Shown: positions 22,901 through 32,145 of the stretch, piece after piece
How the letters are laid out: every line of letters starts with the position of its first letter
Position numbering within the stretch: position 1 is the stretch's first letter
Assembly: GCA_018985235.1 (NCBI GenBank)
Contig: JADGIG010000045.1
Location: 1-32,145 of the forward strand
Source of the DNA: Sanchytrium tribonematis
Taxonomy: Eukaryota
Length of the DNA stretch: 32,145 bases
Reading direction: 5' to 3'
The notes under the pieces: model-generated
Databases searched by the model: none
What the model was told of the DNA's origin: nothing
What the model saw: the letters and a program-made list of their open reading frames with translations, nothing else
Made by a program: the position numbers and the translations under genes

Positions 22901-23065
22901 TTTCAATTGTTGGAAAATTTCTTTATAACGTTGAGGTTTAGCTGTTGAAATTTTGTGAACGCAGATGATGTGACTTACCTCTATCGATAATATCTTCTAC
23001 AGAGTCAACTCTCATTTTAATGATTTTAGAAACCTGACCCTAGTTAGACACACGAACTAGAAATA

Positions 23066-23314
23066 ATGTCAGAATTAAGTAGGCTGCAGCACATGAAAAA
23101 CTGCCAATTTCAGGGCTATTACGATTCGTTCATAGGTTTTACAACTATTTTTATCTCAAGTTATGTCGTAGGGCACTACCAAAAGAGTAGAGGTAAAAAA
23201 CTCTTGGTACAGTCTCTAGTATTTGGATTTGCCGGCGCAAGTGCCATTGGTGCCTTTTCTGCAATGCGATGCACTAGAAGTAAAAACATGAAAAGTAAAA
23301 TCCAAGACTTATAA
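23066..23314 (+). CDS. Small two-TM membrane protein, possibly TMEM141-like
   Basis: 82 aa with a CQ motif, two hydrophobic segments and a second Cys. AATAAA lies just after the stop. Confidence 0.5.
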   Translation: MSELSRLQHMKNCQFQGYYDSFIGFTTIFISSYVVGHYQKSRGKKLLVQSLVFGFAGASAIGAFSAMRCTRSKNMKSKIQDL

Positions 23315-23335
23315 TGAAAATAAATATATTTATAA

Positions 23336-24143
23336 CTACGATACTGGCTGTTTGGAGGCCATGTAGGTAATTGGCATTTCCCTGATTTGGGCAATTGAGC
23401 TATCCATTTGTTCATGGAGATCTGCATTGTGATGAAAAGTTTGTTCAAAAGTAGGTCTCAATTTATCTAACTCTGTTGCATATTTTATGCTGGTATTATA
23501 TTGAATGTGAAGTAGAGACTTAAATATTGGATCAAAATATGACTGTCTAGCATCAATGAAGGCAGGGATATCATGCAAAAGTCTGTTGTTTATATCTTCA
23601 TAAATTTGTTTTGTTTTTTGCGCTTCTTGCTCTTGCTAAATAAGTAAAAAGTACAGCCGGCATTTTTGTTGCATCATTACTAGGCGACTCGCTCAACTTT
23701 CGAACTTTAGTTCTAGCAGCATCATAATCAATTAATTTTCTACCACGTTTTTTGATAAGCTCATCAAAAAATTGGAACGACGCAGCATATTTGTTCACTG
23801 GATCCATAATATTTTTCCTAAAAGGCTCATCTAAAGCTTGTCTTACTTCATTATCCAATTGTTGGATCATCAATTTATATCGAGCAGCAACGGGCTTTTT
23901 CAAGTCAGTCTCGTCAAAAAGATTGTATAACATTTCAGACATATCACTCTGTGCGATTCCTACTGATCTGGTTGCATCCAACAAGGTCTTACTGCTTCCA
24001 ACAATACTTTGAATTTTTTTTTCAAGATTTTCTAGTTTTGTCTTGTCTTCATCAAATTTGGGGTCTATGGTTTTGTCTGCCATACCAAGCCCCTGCATAG
24101 CCTGGGTCGACGCTCTAGCAATAGCTTTCGATATCCCATGCAT
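23336..24143 (-). CDS. RVS161: N-BAR amphiphysin Rvs161/Hob3-like; join(complement 24143..23655,23635..23336), 262 aa
   Basis: GISKAIARA...DKTID, LIKKRGRKLIDYDAARTKVRKL and, after the intron, QEQEAQKTKQIYEDINNRLLHDIPAFIDARQSYFDPIFKSLLHIQ. Confidence 0.85.
23636..23654 (-). other. 19-nt spliceosomal intron (phase 0)
   Basis: gtactttttacttatttag on the minus strand joins track ORFs 23598..24365 and 23336..23578 into one BAR domain. Confidence 0.9.
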
Positions 24144-24321
24144 TTTGAACGAAGTTTCAAGGAAAAGCACAAATCTTGTTTTGCCTTGTACATTTGGCAA
24201 TTCATTTCCATTGTAGCATAGGGTATGCCAAACGACTAATTCTTTCTCGCTAAAAAATTTGTCCACAAAGAAAGAATATATAAACAATTTTCTAAACACA
24301 GTCATTTCTCCTTCTTTATCT

Positions 24322-25461
24322 ATGAGTATGCAAAAACCTACTTTCCGTTCCAGGAAGATAGACAAACACCGTCAAATGTGTGTATTATTAGAAGAAGATG
24401 TTGATTTTGATGGTACTATTCGCGATACCCAAAACATTGATTATGGTGTGGACAAGGAAGAAGCAGAGGAAGAGCATCTTTTGCAATCCTTGCAAACTCA
24501 ATTTCAAACAAAAAAAGCATATGTGCCACTTCCTGATGTACAATTATTAAAAAGGCCCAAAAAACTATTTCAGCGTCCAATAGATTGGATAAGGCACAAC
24601 GAGCCTGAGATTGTTGAATACTGTTCTTCTAAAGAAGAGATTGAGTTTGTGAAAAATCACCCAGGAATGAAGCTTGATGAATACGAGTACGTTATGCAAG
24701 TTTGTGATTCAATGATGTTGGATAGGCTCCCACATGCCTCAATTTTTGACATTGGCGACCTTCTATACAAAATTGTAACTGGTTATCAAAAGCCGCACCT
24801 GGAAGAAATAATACCTGTCATTTATGACCATTACAAAACCAAATTTTTAGAAAAAAATAATATATTAATGCCTGTCCTTTTACCAGCAGAAAAATTTGAA
24901 TCGGATTCCCACCCATATAAATCTTTTAGACCCAGAGAGATAGCGACATTTCGAAAAACGAGGCAATCACAAAACTCGACTTCTAGACTCAAACAATGGA
25001 ACAGTGAACTAAGTTCAGCTCATCAACTATTGCAGATGGTAGCTCATAGAGAGCGAATTCAAAAGGAAGTTCTTTTAGTAGACCAAATAATATTTGAGAA
25101 AAAGCTCAAAGTCAAACTAAAGAGAAAGCAACTTGGACTTCCAGATGAAGAACAAAAACCACTCGCTAGACAGAAATTGACAAGTATTGGCGATGGAATT
25201 AAGAGGAGAATTCAAATGGACAAAGATTACGTAGATATTAGTTTGTCGCTGTTTAATCACAGATCATGGGCCTATAGGTTGAGGCAAGGAATATCAAATA
25301 TGATCATTGATAGAAATTCCTCGTTCGACGCGTACGATGTACTTTCTGACGAAGAAATCGAAATTATAGATCCAAATGAAGACTCATTTACAAAAATTAG
25401 ATATGAACAGCTCACCCAGTTGGATTGGAACATGATAAATAATATTAAAAAAGAAAAATAA
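24322..25461 (+). CDS. EPL1: Enhancer of Polycomb-like NuA4 subunit
   Basis: FRSRKID, GVDKEEAEEEHL, YVPLPDV and HPYKSFRPRE...RKTR motifs. First ATG is at 24322. Confidence 0.85.
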   Translation: MSMQKPTFRSRKIDKHRQMCVLLEEDVDFDGTIRDTQNIDYGVDKEEAEEEHLLQSLQTQFQTKKAYVPLPDVQLLKRPKKLFQRPIDWIRHNEPEIVEYCSSKEEIEFVKNHPGMKLDEYEYVMQVCDSMMLDRLPHASIFDIGDLLYKIVTGYQKPHLEEIIPVIYDHYKTKFLEKNNILMPVLLPAEKFESDSHPYKSFRPREIATFRKTRQSQNSTSRLKQWNSELSSAHQLLQMVAHRERIQKEVLLVDQIIFEKKLKVKLKRKQLGLPDEEQKPLARQKLTSIGDGIKRRIQMDKDYVDISLSLFNHRSWAYRLRQGISNMIIDRNSSFDAYDVLSDEEIEIIDPNEDSFTKIRYEQLTQLDWNMINNIKKEK

Positions 25462-25481
25462 ATTAAGTAAATAATACAATA

Positions 25482-27192
25482 TCAAATATATCCGGCGCCT
25501 TCAAACATATCTTCGATCAAAACTTGGAATTCCGTTCCATTCAATTTAAGATATTTTACATACGGCTCTGGAATTCTAAATTAGTTACGAATACCGAGAT
25601 GACATGGCGTTGTACTCCAACATTAACTTGTCTTTTAATGATGACTTTAACATTGATCGCAATTGAGGGTCTATAAGTCGAACAGCTTTTTGAAGCTTTT
25701 GGGCATCCTCAAAATAGCTGTAGATTTGTTTAGACTTGTCTTTGAAAGCTTTTTCTTCTAGCGTTTTTCGAGCTTCCTCAATGCTTTTCTCTACAATAGA
25801 CCAGCAAGTCAAATAACCATCGAAGTGGGAGTGAAATTTGGTTGTTATCAATTTAGCTGTAGCATCGTTTACATATTCCTTTAAAGTGGTATTTTCGTTT
25901 ATAACATTTTGAATAAATGTAAGATTATTTAGAGCGAATACTCTACGGTGAAGATCATGCTGAAAATATTTTGCAGAGTCATCAATTAATTTGCAACATT
26001 CTGCGAGTAGCGAAGATAAATATTCGCTTGTATTTTGGTGATGAGTTACAAATAACTCGACCCACTCATCAACGTTTTGATCATGCTCGAGTAATTTGCG
26101 AATAAAAGTTATCGACAGATGAACACCCTCGTGAATAGTTCCATCTTGCTGCGGTTTAGAAGGGTTTTCATTAATTTTAGGATCAAAAAATTGGCCAGAG
26201 GCTTGTAAAAAATGCTGCTCATTTTTGATTATAATATTTTGCTTCTCAGTAATTCCTTCAAAACTATTGATGATCATTCTAAAATCACTGCGAATACCAT
26301 TGATGTTTTGAAGAAATATAAGAAATCCAGCCATTGCCTTTTGTTTTTTCATTTCTTTTAGATCTCGAATCGCTAATTCCACGGAGGAATTTAACAAATC
26401 AAACGCGTTTTTGGTGATTTCGTCAAAAGTTTTATGAACCACGCTTGCAACTCGAAAGATACAATCTGCAAACTTTCTTTCATTTTGAAATATGATCGCG
26501 GACCATTCCATCATGGACGGAAATTGATCGATGTATCCACTAGATGTCGGGGACTTGGGTTCGCTTCCAATCGAGCCTCTTTTGACAAAAGCATCTGGAC
26601 CTAGCGGTAACAATGACTCATAGATGAATTTCGCTCGAAGACTGTGAAAATCTTTTGAAAACTCAAAATCGGCAGACCCATCATATATTGTTGCGGCTAA
26701 CTTTTGAATGAATTCTAATGCTTCGTCCTCAACAATAGCTTGATCTTCGGCACCGTTTCGAATTATAGTCGGAATATCAAGTGGTTCGGAAACCTGTCTA
26801 ATTTTACTCATAAATAAATTGCTTAATTGTAACAAACCAACTTTACGGAGCTGTCTTAAAGACACAATGTTTTTTTCTGATCCTTTCCAGGGATTTTCAC
26901 TTAAAATTTTAATTGCATTTTGAATTCTATTTAAAGAATCCAAAAATGGTTGAACGTCAGTACCAACACCTCTTGTAATCAATTTTTCTTCTCTTTGTGA
27001 TGTTTTTAGAGAGTCCAATAAAATATCCAAATAATCTAGACACTTTTGACTGTTTTGAAGAGCAACCGAGTGCTTAGCAGTCTTTTGGTTAATTTTGGTG
27101 AAAGAATCAGTTAAATGTTGCACTTTTGTTATTAGAAAGTCACTACTATGTTGGGCCTGAGTTTTTAATTGATTTAGCTTTTCCAATTCCAT
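25482..27192 (-). CDS. EXO70: Exocyst subunit Exo70; join(complement 27192..25595,25575..25482), about 563 aa
   Basis: PQQDGTIHE, VFALNNLTFI and DPQLRSML. The intron restores the family-like end YVKYLKLNGTEFQVLIEDMFEGAGYI*. Confidence 0.85.
25576..25594 (-). other. 19-nt spliceosomal intron (phase 2)
   Basis: gtattcgtaactaatttag on the minus strand. It contains a canonical-looking branch site, ACTAAT, followed directly by TTAG. Confidence 0.88.
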
Positions 27193-27243
27193 GAGTTTCA
27201 AAATCTATAAACAAAAAAATATCAAATCCTACATTTATTTTCA

Positions 27244-29055
27244 TTAAATTAATTTTAGGTAACCACAGCCCATTACCTTCCACATAATCCCAACTTTATA
27301 TTGTTCTGGGATATACTTTAACCACTCATACATTTTGTCGTCTAATTTATGCGCCACCCTCTTTCGATATTTCATCCAGAGCTGATTTGAAGAATAGGTC
27401 TTGAAATGATCAAAAGGGTAGTTGTATTCATTCCTGCAGTCTTTCAAATATTGATAAACAATAGCCTGTGAGAATGTACTTGTGTCCGTGCCAAAAAAGG
27501 CTACTCCATGTCCACCCATCAATTGATCCAACATAAAATATAGCAGGTGGCCTTTTCCCCAGCTAAGCAAATGTTTGGTTTCTTCGGACCTCAGACTTGA
27601 TGTCGTCTGTATAGGCAATTTTGCCTTAATTGAGTCTATCATCTGTGGATCAGTCTCGATAATATTGTTTGAAGTAAAATCATTTAAAAAAAAGGTACAT
27701 GGATATCTTTTCAGAAAGGAATTTAGTAGCTTCGATAATCTAGGGTGGGATACATCTGTTGCCATATAAAGTACCAAAGGCAGCTCAGTCGGAAGCTCAT
27801 TTTTCAAAGTTACTATTCTTTCCGATTTCAATTTCGCATCTGCCAATTCCAATAGCCAAGCCAATTGATTATCCTTGCAAATTTTCATTCTTTCGGTCAT
27901 ATTGGAAATACTTTTCACATCTGAAAATGCGACCGAAGCCTTTGCCTGCTTAGGAGCTGTCAATCCTAAATCATAAGTCATTTTTTGGTAATGCTCATAA
28001 ACATTTTGCATATCAATATCTTCCGAATAGAGTAAACCTGGCATGTTCGAATCTTTTTGATACAGCCAAAGATTAGTGTACATTCGTAGCTCCTTATTTA
28101 ATTTCTTTAACAAATTGTATCTGTTTTCGAAAAATGTGGCTTCTGTACTTCGAAAATGAATAGATATGAATGGGCCCAATTGTGATTCCATTTTCTTGGT
28201 TAAATTCATCAACAACGGAGCAGCAATTTGTAAGTTTTGACGAATTTGGTTTTGAATTTCAATGTTTGCGCTTTCAATCAATGAGAGTCTTCCGGATCCA
28301 AAAAGGCTTCCAAAATGTAGTACAGACGAATTCATTTTAGATAGAAAATCAAATTCTAAGGGAATTCGGTATTTTCCAAGATATTGATTCAGGATTGATT
28401 GAGGAGTATTTAGAGTAGGAACCACAGGAATTTCTTGACGCAAGATATTGTTCTCGTTGTGGGTTACTGGAAAGTAATCGAATTGTTCAGAGTGAATATT
28501 TTTAAAAGCCGAATCAAAAAGCTTGTAGGAATACATCTGCTCGTCTTTAATGTATTGCACGTCTTCTATAGGTAGATTTGGGTAATCAAAGGGATCTAAT
28601 TCAATCCATGAGATATTTAATTTAGCTAAGAAATTTAAATCAACTGCTTGTGACCACTTCATCACTTCTCTAGTTGGTTGTCTACAGGCAATGTAGAGAG
28701 CGTCGCGAATTTCCGATGCATTATTTAATCCAATGCGACGATGTACTTCTTTCACACATTTCCGTCTAGTGTTTTGGATTTGCTGTATTCTTTGTTTTAT
28801 TAAAGCTTGAAGCTGTTGAAATGATTTGTAAGGTACGGCTCTGCCTATGAATAATGGAGGGATGACTAAAGTTCGATTTAAAATATATGCACTTATGATA
28901 GCGTTTTCAAGTGCAATACGTTGATTATTGAACCCAGAATGAGTCAGGTACATCAAATACTTAGGAGCTTCTTTGGAATGAACCTTGACTTTAGGAAACA
29001 GTACATATGCAAGAATCAATAAACTAATGAGTAAGAAGCCACGGTGAAGTTTCAT
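27244..29055 (-). CDS. O-fucosyltransferase family (fungal CigA-like) type II membrane glycosyltransferase
   Basis: N-terminal signal anchor, YLTHSGFNNQRIALENA...LNRTLVIPP, HFGSLFGSGRL, SIHFR, LYMATD and FFGTDTSTFS. First ATG is at 29055. Confidence 0.8.
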   Translation of the reverse strand: MKLHRGFLLISLLILAYVLFPKVKVHSKEAPKYLMYLTHSGFNNQRIALENAIISAYILNRTLVIPPLFIGRAVPYKSFQQLQALIKQRIQQIQNTRRKCVKEVHRRIGLNNASEIRDALYIACRQPTREVMKWSQAVDLNFLAKLNISWIELDPFDYPNLPIEDVQYIKDEQMYSYKLFDSAFKNIHSEQFDYFPVTHNENNILRQEIPVVPTLNTPQSILNQYLGKYRIPLEFDFLSKMNSSVLHFGSLFGSGRLSLIESANIEIQNQIRQNLQIAAPLLMNLTKKMESQLGPFISIHFRSTEATFFENRYNLLKKLNKELRMYTNLWLYQKDSNMPGLLYSEDIDMQNVYEHYQKMTYDLGLTAPKQAKASVAFSDVKSISNMTERMKICKDNQLAWLLELADAKLKSERIVTLKNELPTELPLVLYMATDVSHPRLSKLLNSFLKRYPCTFFLNDFTSNNIIETDPQMIDSIKAKLPIQTTSSLRSEETKHLLSWGKGHLLYFMLDQLMGGHGVAFFGTDTSTFSQAIVYQYLKDCRNEYNYPFDHFKTYSSNQLWMKYRKRVAHKLDDKMYEWLKYIPEQYKVGIMWKVMGCGYLKLI

Positions 29056-29342
29056 GGTGCGACGTGCTTGGTATTGCAAATTATAAGAGCAAAAAAGTTG
29101 ATATCTTCCACAAGCAGGTGATTCTACTCAAAAAGAGCAAACCTTAAATTGTGGTGTTTAAAGGAAAATTTGGTATGTTATAATCTTCTACAGGTTTAGT
29201 TGACAAAAAGCTTTTGAATCTGGATTAAGATCAATCTAGAATCATACAATAGTCAGTGGAAACAGTAGTGAGGAAATACATCGATGAGGAATGTAGACAG
29301 ACCACACGTGTTGTTAACCAATCAAAATAATTGAATTTATTT

Positions 29343-30152
29343 TTAAGCCAAAGCTGGAAATTCCTTTTCATTTTGAACTTGAAGCTTGCCACCTCTTTTA
29401 ACACCACGAGATGGTCCTCTGCTACCTCTTGAATCACTTCCTCTATCTCCACGTCCTCTGGGTGCTCCTCTATCTCCTCTTCCCCTAGAACCTCGAGCAC
29501 CAGCTCTACTACCTCTACCGCGTCCTCGCGTTTCTTTTCCGGAATTAGATGATGATGATTCTGGCTCAATAATTTGCTGTGCGATATCCAAATATACTTT
29601 CTTATTTTGTTCCTTGTCTTTAGATTTTTTGGATTTTGACTTTCCATTCATTAATGCAGCCAGGGTAGGGTCATCTTCCTCTTTTTTAAGCACTTTTGCT
29701 CCTTTCCAGTTACTGTCGACAGTTCTTCGAGCTTCAGGAATAGTATCCACTCCAATTTTTAAGTCTTTCTCTGCTTTTTCCTTTAAGTATTCATCCATTG
29801 TTTTTACATTTGCAACCTCTTCTTCTTCTTCTTGAGCTTCTGCTTCCTCTTCTTCAGATAGCTCAACAACTTTTGTTGGATCACCCCAAGTGCCTTTACC
29901 GGCCACATCTTTTTTGTGAGAATCTTTTCTGTCCATGCCAGAATGTCTATCAAATTCACGTTTGCCTGGTCTTTTTGATCCACCGCGACCAGTTTTTTTC
30001 GCATCACCTCTGGAGGAACTTGGCGCAATGGAGATGCCACGAGCGACGCCTCTCGTAGGGTAATCTCTCTTTCCAGTTTGCTGAGGTGCAGCTTTATTAA
30101 CCGGGGCCGATTTCAGTTCTTCGGCTGTGAGCACTTCAAATGGGTTACTCAT
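29343..30152 (-). CDS. Stm1/SERBP1 (HABP4/PAI-RBP1) RGG RNA-binding protein
   Basis: MSNPFEVL start, KREFDRHSG...GKGTWG, TMDEYL, RG-rich tail and EFPAL end. Confidence 0.88.
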   Translation of the reverse strand: MSNPFEVLTAEELKSAPVNKAAPQQTGKRDYPTRGVARGISIAPSSSRGDAKKTGRGGSKRPGKREFDRHSGMDRKDSHKKDVAGKGTWGDPTKVVELSEEEEAEAQEEEEEVANVKTMDEYLKEKAEKDLKIGVDTIPEARRTVDSNWKGAKVLKKEEDDPTLAALMNGKSKSKKSKDKEQNKKVYLDIAQQIIEPESSSSNSGKETRGRGRGSRAGARGSRGRGDRGAPRGRGDRGSDSRGSRGPSRGVKRGGKLQVQNEKEFPALA

Positions 30153-30187
30153 GTTGTTCTACTCCTTCCCCCTACCAAGGTAAAATT

Positions 30188-32145
30188 TCAAGATTTATTT
30201 TTCGTAAAAATATTCCAACCTTTTCGTCTTGCCAAAAGATCATTCCTTATTGAATTATCTTCTTTAAAACCAATTATTTCAGCCTCCGGCTCTAACATTT
30301 TGATGGCTCGAAAGAAGTAAATCTCCTCAAAATAAACATTGGGATATTCAGAAGGAAACAGCTGGTTCGAGTCTTGTTCTGAGATTTTTTCCAAAAAAGG
30401 CTTTATGGCGAGAGATTGGGTCTCCTTCGTAGAGCCTTTCAGTATTTTGCAGTATATATCATATTCGCTTAAATCGTCATTAATGTCTATCAAATTCGAA
30501 GCGGCCTTGATTCCAAGTAAACGAATACTTGGCTCTTCATCCAATAAAGCATAAACACCACAAATTGCATAAATGTGTTGTTTAATCTCAGTATCAATAA
30601 CACTGGAATGGCAAATGCTCGATAAGGCATAAGCTCCCTGAATTCGTGTATCAAATTCGTTTTCCCATTTTGTTCTAGTCGATAAAACGTCACACAACTC
30701 ATTTATATTACCGTCATCTATCCTAGAGCAAATCATATTTAGCAATTTATCTTTAAAAACTATATTACTACCTATCAAATAGTCTTCAAATCTATTAAAA
30801 TCTTTCATCAAAAACGGAGTAGAAAAAGGCTTGTTGTGAACAAGCTTAATTAACTCAAAATCAATTTCAAATTTTGCACTGGGCAAAAACTCAAATGGAA
30901 CATGACTAAAAAAGTTAGAGTGATTTTTTTCATTATTAAATGAAAAATTCAAGAAATATTCCATTCTTTTCTTAAACATCATATTAGAAGATTCTTCAAT
31001 TTCAATATATAATTTAGAGTAATTTGAACAAGACCTTATGTACTCATCAAATATAGCAGCTGAGCGAAGTCCACAATTTTGGGTTAAAAGTTCTTCAAAT
31101 TCTTTTTGTACAAATCCAGACGGAAATCCAACTATTCTAAAAATTTGAAGCAGCGTATGCTTTGATATATTGTCCAATTCATAATACGTCTTTTCCAAGC
31201 TGGAAAAATTGAGCTTGAAATTGGGATTTCGGTTAAGATATTGTAAAAGAACATTGAGAGTACCATGTCGTAAATTTGCAGATACATTTTTTTGATTACA
31301 AAGTAACTTCTCGACTTCATGGTCTAGAAGTAACATTGCCAAAGGTTTTGCTGCTAAAACTCGAAGTCTATATTCTTTATGTCCTATCAAATTTTCCAGT
31401 CTTGATTTAAGAAGAACAAATGCCTCTTCCTTATTTTCATTTTTAGGAGCACTAAATTTAGACAGCAGTAGCAAGCAAGAAAATACAGTTTCGCGATAGT
31501 CTGTTGCAAGAGCCTTGTCTAAAGATCGTAGTAAATTAGGAAACCTTCTAAAAAATTCAAAAGAAGAACATCCTTCTGCCCAGGTCCTTGCTGCCGTTCC
31601 AAAGCTTCTTCTAATAAGAGTGGAAAATAGTATTAAAGAACAATTTCTTATCCTCCAATTGACGTGACTCATTTTGGTAATCGCTATTTCCAGCCCAGTT
31701 GCCACTCGTGTGAAAAGATGTTTGCCTAGATTTGTTTCTTGGAAAATAGTGTGTAATATGTTCATAGAGTGGACCACTGAAATATCGTTGCTCCTTATTT
31801 GGCAATTACTAAAGCACCTATCGACAGTTTCGTGCAACACTTGAGTATTATCTAAGGCTGTCAATAGTGCTATGATAGATTGTGGAATACCGGCTGATCT
31901 TCTAGTTATATTTTGGTTGGAGTGGATGTAATCTTTTAAGTACAAATTTAATATTAAGAATGGAGTCAATTTCAGCTCCTCGCAATTTAAACAAAGCTTT
32001 GTGATGCTGCTTAAAATTGGACAAATATTAGCAAAAGCTCCTCGATGACGAATGCTTGTTGCCAATTCTACCAGATCCGAAAAAAATACTTTTACACTTG
32101 CGGCTTGAATATCTGCCATTTCTAAAGTCGTTTGTAACAAATTTG
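30188..32145 (-). CDS. THADA/Trm732 armadillo-repeat protein (DUF2428), 3' part; 5' end outside the window
   Basis: IRHRGAF, TRRSAGIP, VHSMNIL, WRIRNCSL and EFFRRFP motifs. The frame is open to the window edge. Confidence 0.88.
   Translation of the reverse strand, partial: NLLQTTLEMADIQAASVKVFFSDLVELATSIRHRGAFANICPILSSITKLCLNCEELKLTPFLILNLYLKDYIHSNQNITRRSAGIPQSIIALLTALDNTQVLHETVDRCFSNCQIRSNDISVVHSMNILHTIFQETNLGKHLFTRVATGLEIAITKMSHVNWRIRNCSLILFSTLIRRSFGTAARTWAEGCSSFEFFRRFPNLLRSLDKALATDYRETVFSCLLLLSKFSAPKNENKEEAFVLLKSRLENLIGHKEYRLRVLAAKPLAMLLLDHEVEKLLCNQKNVSANLRHGTLNVLLQYLNRNPNFKLNFSSLEKTYYELDNISKHTLLQIFRIVGFPSGFVQKEFEELLTQNCGLRSAAIFDEYIRSCSNYSKLYIEIEESSNMMFKKRMEYFLNFSFNNEKNHSNFFSHVPFEFLPSAKFEIDFELIKLVHNKPFSTPFLMKDFNRFEDYLIGSNIVFKDKLLNMICSRIDDGNINELCDVLSTRTKWENEFDTRIQGAYALSSICHSSVIDTEIKQHIYAICGVYALLDEEPSIRLLGIKAASNLIDINDDLSEYDIYCKILKGSTKETQSLAIKPFLEKISEQDSNQLFPSEYPNVYFEEIYFFRAIKMLEPEAEIIGFKEDNSIRNDLLARRKGWNIFTKNKS

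Noticed and set aside
22973..22980. ACTTACCT resembling the U1 snRNA 5' end
   Set aside because: No U1 stem-loop I/II loop sequences or suitably placed Sm site follow.
24183..24191. GCCTTGTAC resembling U5 snRNA loop 1 (GCCTTTTAC)
   Set aside because: There is a mismatch in the invariant loop, and the flanks do not form the closing stem.
24144..24365. Track N-terminal extensions making RVS161 and EPL1 overlap head-to-head
   Set aside because: Family similarity begins at ATG 24143 and ATG 24322. The extensions start at TTG and look non-homologous.
29071..29193. GT..AG segments at 29071-29089 (+), 29124-29142 (-) and 29173-29193 (+)
   Set aside because: None has the A at -6 consensus and none yields a sustained reading frame.
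29231..30320. Several alternative-frame and antisense ORFs over the SERBP1-like gene (and similar short ORFs elsewhere)
   Set aside because: They are shadows of low-complexity or biased coding sequence on real genes and have no recognisable motifs.

Overview
AT-rich, extremely gene-dense eukaryotic nuclear DNA using the standard code (TAA, TAG and TGA all act as stops). It holds about 27 protein-coding genes in 32 kb, and most intergenic gaps are under 60 nt. The gene set mixes fungal-type genes (Rvs161/Hob3, Epl1, Rcf2, Dsc3, O-fucosyltransferase/CigA-like) with flagellar and amoeboid genes (WDR63/IC140-like, katanin p60, Abi-like). This suggests a reduced early-diverging zoosporic fungus or relative; that placement is inference only. 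The main discovery is a set of six ultra-short GT-AG introns (five of 19 nt, one of 21 nt). Each repairs a split or truncated ORF, and all six end in T-W-A-Y-K-T-A-G with an invariant A six bases from the 3' end. Other signals are a recurring TTTTGTAACA motif 1-12 nt upstream of start codons, divergent genes with only 18-38 nt between ATGs, stop codons fused with AATAAA, a Trp-containing uORF or structured leader before kynurenine formamidase, and a CitT/DiT1-type DASS transporter. No rRNA, tRNA, CRISPR array or mobile element was recognised. Family assignments come from recalled motifs, not from searches.
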